Assembly (NCBI RefSeq): GCF_000018305.1 | Contig: NC_009954.1 | Location: forward strand, 1,410,001-1,442,000 | Length of the DNA stretch: 32,000 bases | Direction of reading: 5' to 3' | Source: Caldivirga maquilingensis IC-167 | GTDB lineage: Archaea; Thermoproteota; Thermoprotei; Thermoproteales; Thermocladiaceae | Part shown: one piece after another, positions 15,407 to 22,928 of the stretch | Layout: every line of letters begins with the position of its first letter | Numbering within the stretch: position 1 is the stretch's first letter | Made by a program: the position numbers and the translations under genes | Notes under the pieces: model-generated | What the model saw: the letters and a program-made list of their open reading frames with translations, nothing else | What the model was told of the DNA's origin: nothing | The model's database searches: none

Positions 15407-17269
15407 GTGCTGTATGTGGTATTGCCTAAACCCACCCCTGGTGGCGTATTGATTAGTTACGTGCTTTACCTAGTTAACGTACTAGTAGTGGTAATCATAG
15501 TTTACAGGCTTTACTCCGAGGCTAGGCGTGGTGGCTTAGGTTTAAGTGCAGCTAGGTTAATTAGATTCATTAAGTATGAGGCATCAAGTTACCGTAAAGG
15601 TATGGTGCATTTAATGCACTTATCAATACTACTCGGCGTCTCCTTATCAATACTATACACGTTAATCTACCCATTAACCTACGGTAACCCAGTGGCGCAT
15701 TACGTGATGTTCATTGCATCAACCCCATTAATACTAGGCTTAATCACCGCCCTTGCCTGGAGGTTTAGGGTTCTTGCGGATTCATTCAAGGTTTACAGTG
15801 ACTTAAGGATTGAGGAGGCTGTTAAGCGTAGATCCATTATGCTTCAATCCATACTAATGCTTGTAATAGTGTTAACATCATTAACCCTTGCATTAACCCT
15901 ATTCACCGGGATCATTTACATTGAGGTTAAGTTCACGTTATCGATTATTGACTACGCATTAATAGCCACATACTATGTTAAACCCGAGGTTAATCTTTAC
16001 CTGAACCTTGACTTGAATCTACCTAACCTTAGGGAGGCCTTCAACCTTAAGGATGTCCTCGAGGGTAAGGTGGATGCATCCCAGGTTAAGGTGGGTGCGG
16101 AGAGGTTAAGTGACTTAGCTGACTACGAGTTACGCAGCCTCGATGCATGCGTGGAGATTGGTGCATGCGAGGAGGCTTGCCCAGCCACATTAGCAGGTAG
16201 GCCATTATCACCGAGGATGTTCATTAGGAAGCTTAAGTACATTAAGGATTCAAATGGACTTAATTCGGATTTGCTTAAGGTTATTATTGATGATGAAGCT
16301 TGGTCATGCACAACCTGCGGTGCATGCGTCTACAATTGCCCAATTGGGGTTAGGCACATTGACTTAATAATTGACGTGAGGAGGAGACTGGTTGAGTTAA
16401 GTAGGCTTGATCAAAAGAAGTCAACACTACTACTTAACATTACCCAGTACGGTAACTCAATGGGGATTAGTAATTACGGTAGGCATGAGTGGTTGAGGGA
16501 ATTAGGGGTTAAGACAGTTAAGGAGAATCCAGGCTTCAAGCACCTACTATGGGTTGGATGCATGGGTAGCTTCGACTCAAGGACTAGGGAGATTATTAAA
16601 TCCTTCATAGATATTATTAAGGCTGCCGGTTTAATTAATGACTTTGCAGTGCTTGGTGATGAAGAGACCTGCTGCGGTGACCCATTGAGGAGACTTGGTG
16701 ACGAGGGTAGGTTCCAGGAGGTGGCTTTAAACAACATTGAGGTCTTTAGGAGGTATGGCGTTAAGAGTATAGTAACCATATGCCCCCACGGTTACAACAC
16801 GTTCAGTAACGAGTACCCTAAGTTGGATGAATACATGAGGAATGTATCAATTAAACACCACACTCAATTCATAGCTGAGTTAATTGAGAAGGGGCTTGTG
16901 AAGGTTAAGGGAAGTGGAGAAGTATTAACTATCCATGACCCATGCTACTTAGCCAGGTATAATAAATCCACTAAACCGCAGAGGATAATAGTCTCCTCAG
17001 TGGGTGTTCTCAAGGAGCCTAGAAACAGTGGTGAGAGAACATTCTGCTGTGGGGCTGGTGGAGCTAATTACTGGTATGATGTACCCGAGAGGAGTAGGAT
17101 AAGTAGTATTAGGTTAAGTCAATTAACCGAGACTGGGGCTAAGACCATTGTGACGATGTGCCCATTCTGCAATGCAATGCTCAGTGACGCCGCAAGGGTG
17201 GGTGGATTCAAGGGTAGGGTGATAGATGTTGGTGAGCTTGTTAAGGAATCTATGGTGGGGCACCATTAG
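15407..17269 (+). CDS. membrane-anchored Fe-S oxidoreductase: N-terminal 4-5 TM (HdrE/DsrM/NarI-like?) domain fused to an HdrD/DsrK/GlpC-like module (2 ferredoxin-type motifs + 2 CCG domains)
   Basis: TM helices in aa ~10-200 with His pairs (HLMH, AHY). CVEIGACEEACP (CX5CX3CP) and CTTCGACVYNCP (canonical CX2CX2CX3CP). CCG domains ETCCGDP...ICPHG and HDPC...FCCGAGG...MCPFC. GTG start at 15407 is uncertain. Confidence 0.8.
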   Translation: MLYVVLPKPTPGGVLISYVLYLVNVLVVVIIVYRLYSEARRGGLGLSAARLIRFIKYEASSYRKGMVHLMHLSILLGVSLSILYTLIYPLTYGNPVAHYVMFIASTPLILGLITALAWRFRVLADSFKVYSDLRIEEAVKRRSIMLQSILMLVIVLTSLTLALTLFTGIIYIEVKFTLSIIDYALIATYYVKPEVNLYLNLDLNLPNLREAFNLKDVLEGKVDASQVKVGAERLSDLADYELRSLDACVEIGACEEACPATLAGRPLSPRMFIRKLKYIKDSNGLNSDLLKVIIDDEAWSCTTCGACVYNCPIGVRHIDLIIDVRRRLVELSRLDQKKSTLLLNITQYGNSMGISNYGRHEWLRELGVKTVKENPGFKHLLWVGCMGSFDSRTREIIKSFIDIIKAAGLINDFAVLGDEETCCGDPLRRLGDEGRFQEVALNNIEVFRRYGVKSIVTICPHGYNTFSNEYPKLDEYMRNVSIKHHTQFIAELIEKGLVKVKGSGEVLTIHDPCYLARYNKSTKPQRIIVSSVGVLKEPRNSGERTFCCGAGGANYWYDVPERSRISSIRLSQLTETGAKTIVTMCPFCNAMLSDAARVGGFKGRVIDVGELVKESMVGHH

Positions 17270-17510
17270 TAATGTACTTGCGTTTAAAGGCCTCCTCAAC
17301 ATCAATGTTAAGTAAATTAGCCACAGAGAGTAGCCAGGCGAATACGTCAGCTATCTCCTCCATCTTAGCCTCCTCATCACCCTTCAACAGGGAGTCCGCC
17401 AACTCCCCCACCTCCTCAACAAGCCACGTGAATGTTTGGTAAAGCCCCCTCCTTGAATCCTTCTCGAAGTAAGCCCTCCTAATCAATTCCTGAGCCTCCC
17501 TGATCTCCAT
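17250..17510 (-). CDS. small MazG-like all-alpha nucleoside triphosphate pyrophosphohydrolase (86 aa)
   Basis: LVEEVGELADSL ... EEIADVFAWLLSVANLLNIDVEEA is the EExxE/D metal-binding pattern of the MazG family. TATA at + ~17531-17538. Its 3' end overlaps the convergent upstream gene by 20 nt. Confidence 0.75.
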   Translation of the reverse strand: MEIREAQELIRRAYFEKDSRRGLYQTFTWLVEEVGELADSLLKGDEEAKMEEIADVFAWLLSVANLLNIDVEEAFKRKYITNGAPP

Positions 17511-17575
17511 GAATCCACCCAGTACCGCTAATATTTAACAATAATCATTAATACGCCTCGCATTTCAGCGTAATC

Positions 17576-17608
17576 TTTTTAAAGATCTAATTCGATATCG
17601 AATTAGAT
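17576..17608 (+). promoter_or_regulatory. TATA box TTTTTAAA (17576-17583) immediately followed by a perfect 24-bp palindrome ATCTAATTCGATATCGAATTAGAT (17585-17608) that runs into the ATG (17607)
   Basis: Palindrome verified base by base. It occupies the whole interval between the TATA box and the start codon of the methyltransferase gene. Confidence 0.8.
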
Positions 17609-18239
17609 GATGCGTGAAAGCATTGTGAACGCATTATCAAGGGTATTTAAGATTGATAGAAGTGCAGTGATTAGTGCCCTAAGTGGGTACAGTAATGTTG
17701 ATAATGTGTTAAGGGCAAGGTTAAGAGGTAGGAGGCTATGGGGTGCGTTGTCACCTGAGAAGAGACCGATACTTTATGTAATAATTAAGCTTCTTAAACC
17801 CAAGATAGCCGTGGAGACCGGCGTAGGGGCTGGTGTATCCAGTACCGTGATTCTAAGCGCCCTTAATGAAATTAACGATGGTTTACTTTACTCCATTGAG
17901 ATAAATAGATACTATGATGAGGTTAACCCAGTGGGCTTCATTGTTCCAGAGGAGCTTAAGGCTAAGTGGATTCTTCTAATAGGTAGTTCAAGGGAGTTAC
18001 TTGAGAAAACCCTAACCCAGCTGGGTGATGTTCAATTCTTCCTACATGACAGTGACCACAGTTATGATAATGTATTATTTGAACTTAATGAGGCTTGGAG
18101 CCACATGAGGCATGGAATCATACTTATTGATAATTACAGGTTCAGTAATGCAGCAGTGCAGTTTGCCAGGAGGGTTAATGCACCTTTAATAGAGTTAAGT
18201 GGTGAAGCCGGTGGCTTAGCAATGATACCTAAGTTTTAA
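17607..18239 (+). CDS. class I SAM-dependent methyltransferase (Methyltransf_24 / CmcI-like, the type found in glycan-modification clusters)
   Basis: AVETGVGAGVSS glycine-rich SAM motif. FLHDSDHSYDNVLFELNEAW motif typical of this subfamily. Confidence 0.7.
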   Translation: MMRESIVNALSRVFKIDRSAVISALSGYSNVDNVLRARLRGRRLWGALSPEKRPILYVIIKLLKPKIAVETGVGAGVSSTVILSALNEINDGLLYSIEINRYYDEVNPVGFIVPEELKAKWILLIGSSRELLEKTLTQLGDVQFFLHDSDHSYDNVLFELNEAWSHMRHGIILIDNYRFSNAAVQFARRVNAPLIELSGEAGGLAMIPKF

Positions 18240-18255
18240 TCCCCTTAAATTAACT

Positions 18256-19344
18256 TTATTTACTAATCTTCTCCCACATTAATTCCTTAGTCCACAGGTT
18301 CCTGACCATGGCGTACATCAGTATGAATTGCTGCGTTACCCAAGCCCTGAAGGGTGACCACACTAATAATACTAAACCCACTGCAATTAAGGCGTATGCC
18401 CACAGGCTCCCTGAGGCTAGGAGCAGGATTGCGCCAATTGGGAGTAGCCATGGGTTCATTAGGTGAATGTAGGCTTCAGTGTAGTAGATTGGTTTATAAT
18501 TGCTTGGTTTAGGTAACTTAATTGACTTCATGAAGCTCTGCAATAGGTGTTGAGCCCTCCTAACCCTCCACCTACTATACCCATTACTTGGAACATACTC
18601 CATGCAAACCACGTTCTCCGGAATCACGGCTCTAAGACCCATTGAGGCAACCCTAACTCCCGTATATGAGTCATCTGCACCAATATCCGTTGGAAAACCA
18701 CCAATACTCCTAATTAAATCCCCCTTAACAGCCAGTAATTCACCGTGGAAAACAACAGTGGAGTGTATCTTACTTTCCCCAATCCTCAAGGTATTGTAAA
18801 GCCTCCTATAGGCATCCTCAGTTGATCCACCACCCCTAGGTACCTTTACGCATGAAACCAAACCCACCTGCTCATTACTAAGCCACTTAACGGCGTTAAT
18901 TAATGAGTCCTTAACCCAAAGTGAATCAGCATCAGTGGTCACTATAATACTACCCGACGCAGCCTCCAACGCCTTATTTAATGCATGGCCCTTACCCATC
19001 CTGGGGCCCTTAATGTAACTTAAGTTAACTCCCCTATGCCTACTCAACCACTCCTCAACCTTAACCTGAGTATTGTCACTGCTTGAGTCGGATATTATTA
19101 ACTGGATCTTATCCAGGGGGTAATTCTGTTCAAGAATATTATCCAGCTTCCCCAGTATCATGTTCTCCTCATTATATGTAGGTATTATGATGGATACCGC
19201 GGGTAATTCACCATCATTAACGTTAATTGAGTTAATTAACCAAGGCCTCCTAGCGTAGGTTAGGATAATAATGTAGTAAATTAACGGTACCGCAACGTGT
19301 ATCAGTACTAGGAGTAAACCCATGTAGAGTAATTGTATCAGCAT
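18256..19344 (-). CDS. membrane-integrated family 2 glycosyltransferase (N-terminal TM, C-terminal TM bundle; synthase-like)
   Basis: VSIIIPTYNEE, TTDADS (DxD), GADDSYT, and RWRVRRAQH (QxxRW-like). Hydrophobic N-terminus and two or more C-terminal helices. Confidence 0.85.
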   Translation of the reverse strand: MLIQLLYMGLLLVLIHVAVPLIYYIIILTYARRPWLINSINVNDGELPAVSIIIPTYNEENMILGKLDNILEQNYPLDKIQLIISDSSSDNTQVKVEEWLSRHRGVNLSYIKGPRMGKGHALNKALEAASGSIIVTTDADSLWVKDSLINAVKWLSNEQVGLVSCVKVPRGGGSTEDAYRRLYNTLRIGESKIHSTVVFHGELLAVKGDLIRSIGGFPTDIGADDSYTGVRVASMGLRAVIPENVVCMEYVPSNGYSRWRVRRAQHLLQSFMKSIKLPKPSNYKPIYYTEAYIHLMNPWLLPIGAILLLASGSLWAYALIAVGLVLLVWSPFRAWVTQQFILMYAMVRNLWTKELMWEKISK

Positions 19345-19679
19345 ATGCTTGATGATAATGAGTAGACTGAGTAAGCGGTAACAGTGAACATTATCATAGC
19401 CACTAGCAGCAATAGAAGTGATATTGAATCAACCCTACCCCACCTAATAATCCTATACGCCGAGTATATGAGCATACCGGTTGCTATGGTTGATATAGTC
19501 ACCGAGTAACCGTAAGTTGGACCACACTCAGACCTAACAATGGAGACGCTTATACCTGTGGGTGCCACTAGATTCCATAAACCAAACAGAAATATCACGG
19601 CAACAATGGCTAAAATTACAGCTAACGCAAACCCCTCCTTACTTATATTAAGTTCTGAACCACGGGACACAGGATCCAT
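19338..19679 (-). CDS. small integral membrane protein (113 aa, ~3 TM), translationally coupled to the GT2 gene
   Basis: Hydrophobic profile. Its stop overlaps the GT2 start in ATGCTGA (7-nt overlap). Confidence 0.6.
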   Translation of the reverse strand: MDPVSRGSELNISKEGFALAVILAIVAVIFLFGLWNLVAPTGISVSIVRSECGPTYGYSVTISTIATGMLIYSAYRIIRWGRVDSISLLLLLVAMIMFTVTAYSVYSLSSSIC

Positions 19680-19744
19680 GAATATGCCGGTTTAAAAACA
19701 TTATCATTAATGCCTCATTCGAATTGATCATTATTTAAGGTAAA

Positions 19745-19754
19745 TTTTTAAAAA
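19745..19754 (+). promoter_or_regulatory. TATA box (TTTTTAAAAA) for tRNA-Ser
   Basis: Lies 23-32 nt upstream of tRNA position 1. Confidence 0.6.
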
Positions 19755-19776
19755 TCACCAACTAAGCAGCATTTAG

Positions 19777-19865
19777 GCCGGGGTGGCCGAGCCTGGTCCA
19801 AGGCGTGGGCCTTGAGAGCCCATCCCCGCAAGGGGGCCCGGGTTCAAATCCCGGCCCCGGCGCCA
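19777..19865 (+). tRNA. tRNA-Ser (anticodon UGA), class II with long variable arm, encoded CCA
   Basis: Folded by hand. Acceptor GCCGGGG/CCCCGGC. D-stem GCC/GGC. Anticodon stem TGGGC/GCCCA with loop CTTGAGA. Variable arm TCCCCGCAAGGGGGC. T-arm CCGGG-TTCAAAT-CCCGG. Discriminator G, then CCA. Confidence 0.95.
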
Positions 19866-19986
19866 GGGTTTCATTCCTGTATTATTGTTTAATTATTGGA
19901 GATTAAATATGCATACGTTAATGCATTAATCACGCGTAATGTCACTTAGGCTTAACTATGTTTTAGAAGTGAGGGGTAAGGCTTCA

Positions 19987-20718
19987 TTAAATATTATTCA
20001 TTCTCCTTAATTCCGCTAAGAGTGGTATCTCATTCATCATTTCATCCGTAACGTACCCCCAGTATATTCCTTTCGGCTTCTCATCAATTCTATTAACCTT
20101 AATAACCCTGCTGGGTGTTACTATAATGTCCACAGGTAGGTCGAAGGGTTCCTTAGGTATTTCATCATTAACCAGTTGAAGTTCATGAACAGTGGTTAAA
20201 ACAGGCGTATCCTCATTCACCTTACCCAATGCACTAACTATTCCCCATTCAATCTCAGCATAGCCGTGGGATTTACCAAGTCTCCTACCGTTACTGGGGT
20301 TAACGGCTACTGAACCTATTATCACAAGGTTTATTTGCGGTGCATCCCATGGTTTAATGGGTATACCCCATTTGAATGAGCCGCCTATGGTTGATGCCTC
20401 ATCATAATACTGCCTCGGTATCCTACTTGAATCAAGTAGGAGGAATCCCTCCTTAATCCTGGGGGTTGGTACAATAACCAGTTTACCGTGCCTCAATGCG
20501 AGCTCCCTGCAGTATCGTTGAGGTGAATCAGGATTAATCTTAATAACCCTAGCCTCCTTAAACTCAGGGAGTGTTGAAGCTAATCTACATGCCTCCTGGG
20601 AACCCACGAAGTTCGGTATCCTACCGTAAACTGGTCTTGGAAATGCAGCCGCATTACTCTCCTCAAGTATTCTCCAAACTCTCTCCCTAATCGCCTGCTT
20701 AACGGCCTTAATATCCAT
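19987..20718 (-). CDS. 5-formyltetrahydrofolate cyclo-ligase family protein (archaeal long form)
   Basis: N-terminal helix (IRERVWRILEE), RIPNFVG, and KINPDSPQ...LVIVPTPR pattern, recalled from COG0212-type archaeal proteins. By-eye call only. Confidence 0.55.
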   Translation of the reverse strand: MDIKAVKQAIRERVWRILEESNAAAFPRPVYGRIPNFVGSQEACRLASTLPEFKEARVIKINPDSPQRYCRELALRHGKLVIVPTPRIKEGFLLLDSSRIPRQYYDEASTIGGSFKWGIPIKPWDAPQINLVIIGSVAVNPSNGRRLGKSHGYAEIEWGIVSALGKVNEDTPVLTTVHELQLVNDEIPKEPFDLPVDIIVTPSRVIKVNRIDEKPKGIYWGYVTDEMMNEIPLLAELRRMNNI

Positions 20719-21028
20719 GTTAACTTCAAGGGATTCTCTAAGTTATAGCATACTTAAAACTTCATCTTTTAAAGTGAGGCAACGTCATCAACCTCAATAT
20801 GATTATTTAATGCTGAGAAATAATGAAACACAATTAGAGTATTATTTTCAATAAGTTACAAGAGAAAGTTAAGGAAAGAGAGCATGAGAATTACGTAACT
20901 ACCCCAGTGAGGTTAAGAAACACATTGAGAAGGGTAACCCAGTGCAGGCCCAGTGGGAAGTGTGTAATTACTGTTGAGGAATGTGTTAGATAAATTGTTT
21001 TTAAGTTTGTGTTGAATAATCGAATGCA

Positions 21029-21388
21029 TTAACATGGGTATGGGTCTATGAGAACCCTATATAATTTAATAACTCCCTTATCAATCAACTTAAGCAACTC
21101 ACTGGGGTTGCTCAACTGATTCTTATCCACCTGCCCATTAATGTGCAGTAATATACCCATGCTAATCTCATCGGTTACCAATTGCCCGCTGTTAATGGGT
21201 ACGTTAACACCAAGTAGTGTTGATAAGGCTTGTGCAGTGTCCTGCCTCTCAATATAACTGATTATTTCCTTACCCTGCACCATGCTCTTCGCCTCATCTA
21301 CACTCATTTGGTTCAGTCGTATTATGCCTCCGCACGGTAGCATGCATGATCCTAGTCCATTTAGGAGGTATACCACGTTCTCGGACAT
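21029..21388 (-). CDS. DUF1874 / STIV-B116-like small DNA-binding protein (viral-type family), ~119 aa
   Basis: Size and motif order resemble the B116 family: VVYLLNGLGSCML, then ISYIERQDTAQALSTLLGVNVPINSGQLV, then GILLHINGQV...LS..ELLKLIDKGVIKLYRV. ATG 21388 sits 31-38 nt after an AT-rich box (+ ~21419-21426). The upstream ATG at 21415 is too close to it. Confidence 0.45.
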   Translation of the reverse strand: MSENVVYLLNGLGSCMLPCGGIIRLNQMSVDEAKSMVQGKEIISYIERQDTAQALSTLLGVNVPINSGQLVTDEISMGILLHINGQVDKNQLSNPSELLKLIDKGVIKLYRVLIDPYPC

Positions 21389-21458
21389 AGTTCCTCGCCG
21401 GGAATCAAGAATCATAAGTTAATTAATCCTTCCCATTAATCAAATAATTAATTGTGTC

Positions 21459-21509
21459 GTATAGTGATTAAACGAACGCACTATTTATTGCTGCATTTAA
21501 TCACTATAC
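21459..21509. promoter_or_regulatory. perfect 14-bp inverted repeat GTATAGTGATTAAA ... TTTAATCACTATAC with 23-nt spacer
   Basis: Arms are 21459-21472 and 21496-21509, verified base by base. A third half-site-like TCGTATAGT occurs at 21611-21619. Confidence 0.85.
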
Positions 21510-21550
21510 TTAGGCTCATGGTTATTTACCCTTAACTCGTATTTCATTTA

Positions 21551-21566
21551 ATATGTTTAAACATAT
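21551..21566. promoter_or_regulatory. perfect 16-bp palindrome ATATGTTTAAACATAT
   Basis: Verified base by base. Located in the divergent intergenic region between the B116-like gene and sdhB. Confidence 0.85.
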
Positions 21567-21690
21567 GTAATTTAATGTATGAAAAGAATTATGCATGGGA
21601 ATGTATTTTATCGTATAGTTGTGTAGCCAAATGTTCGGCGGTTGATAAGCTTTAAAAATCAGTCACTAATCTATCTCTGAGATCAATTAT

Positions 21691-22455
21691 ATGTCCTCAG
21701 TTAAGGCAGATATTAAGATAGAGATTAAGAGGAGGGTGTTCACATTTAGAGTTAAACGTTATGACCCTAAGACAAGTGGCTATAAGTGGAGTGAGTATAA
21801 GGTTGAGGTTACTAATAGGCAGACTGTGCTTGATGCATTACTTAAAATTAAGGCGACGCAGGATTCAACATTAGCTGTAAGGTATAGTTGCAGAATGGGT
21901 ATATGCGGTTCCTGCGCAATGGTAATTAACGGTACCCCACGGTTAGCCTGTGAGACTAAGCCCTTTGAATTGGGCACTGATGTAATAACAGTTGAACCAT
22001 TAAGTAACCTTAAGCCAATTAAGGATCTAGTCACGGATATGGATGAATTCTTTGAGAAGCATAAGTCAGTGGACCCATGGTTAATTAGGAAGGATGAGAA
22101 GGAGCAGTTTGAGCAATTAAACACCTACTACCCTCAAACTGAGGAACAGTTAGTGAATTACCTGGAATTCTCATACTGTATAAAGTGTGGTGCCTGCTAC
22201 GCCGCATGCCCAATGGTTTTCCTGAATAAGAATTACCTTGGACCGCAGGCATTGGCGGCCGCCTACAGGTGGAGTGCTGATAATAGGGATGAAGGCTACG
22301 TGCTTAGGCTTAAGATTATTGACTCAGATAATGGAGTGTGGTCATGCCACTACAGTGGCACATGCAGTAAGGTTTGCCCCAAGGGCGTTGACCCAGCGCT
22401 TGCAATAAACCTACTGAAGAAATCATTATTAACCGGTAAACCACCGGCTAGGTGA
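21691..22455 (+). CDS. sdhB: succinate dehydrogenase / fumarate reductase iron-sulfur subunit
   Basis: 2Fe-2S: CRMGICGSCAMVINGTPRLAC. 4Fe-4S: CIKCGACYAACP. 3Fe-4S: CHYSGTCSKVCP. TTTAAAAA box at 21651-21658. Confidence 0.92.
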   Translation: MSSVKADIKIEIKRRVFTFRVKRYDPKTSGYKWSEYKVEVTNRQTVLDALLKIKATQDSTLAVRYSCRMGICGSCAMVINGTPRLACETKPFELGTDVITVEPLSNLKPIKDLVTDMDEFFEKHKSVDPWLIRKDEKEQFEQLNTYYPQTEEQLVNYLEFSYCIKCGACYAACPMVFLNKNYLGPQALAAAYRWSADNRDEGYVLRLKIIDSDNGVWSCHYSGTCSKVCPKGVDPALAINLLKKSLLTGKPPAR

Positions 22456-22460
22456 CCTAG

Positions 22461-22928
22461 GTGACTGAGAAATTATCCACTAAGAGGAATTCACCTAAAT
22501 GGTCCCTGTGGTTTAAGGGGCTTGATGAATGGTTACTAATATTCCAAAAGGTTAGTGGAGCCATACTTGCAATTTACCTGATAGGACATGTACTAGTTAT
22601 ATCAACGGCATTAAACTTCGGTCACCCAACGCCATTAACCTGGGAGAAGGTCATAGGGTTTATTGAGGGGCCTCGGGTAGTAGGTATTGCGCACGTCGGT
22701 ACAATAATAGAATACCTCATAGCACTATTGGCGGCTGTTCATGGAGCCAATGGTGTTAGGCTAATACTAATGCAGTACTTCGGATTAGGGTTACCTAGGC
22801 CTGAAAGGCACACGTACCCAATGGTGCCATCACCTAGGAAGAAGCCGCAGATGATCTACAAGTACTTAGTGATAATTGTTGTAGTTATTTTCATAGCCTT
22901 AGCATCATATGTAGCCTTCGTAGGGTGA
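22461..22928 (+). CDS. sdhC: succinate dehydrogenase membrane anchor / cytochrome b subunit
   Basis: Three TM helices with conserved-looking His (IGHVLVIS, AVHGANG). GGTGA Shine-Dalgarno 6 nt upstream of the GTG. Immediately follows sdhB. Confidence 0.7.
   Translation: MTEKLSTKRNSPKWSLWFKGLDEWLLIFQKVSGAILAIYLIGHVLVISTALNFGHPTPLTWEKVIGFIEGPRVVGIAHVGTIIEYLIALLAAVHGANGVRLILMQYFGLGLPRPERHTYPMVPSPRKKPQMIYKYLVIIVVVIFIALASYVAFVG

Noticed and set aside
19918-19929. 12-bp palindrome TTAATGCATTAA in the convergent gap after tRNA-Ser.
   Set aside because: It is an AT-rich short palindrome in an AT-rich terminator region, which is plausible by chance. There is no associated promoter.
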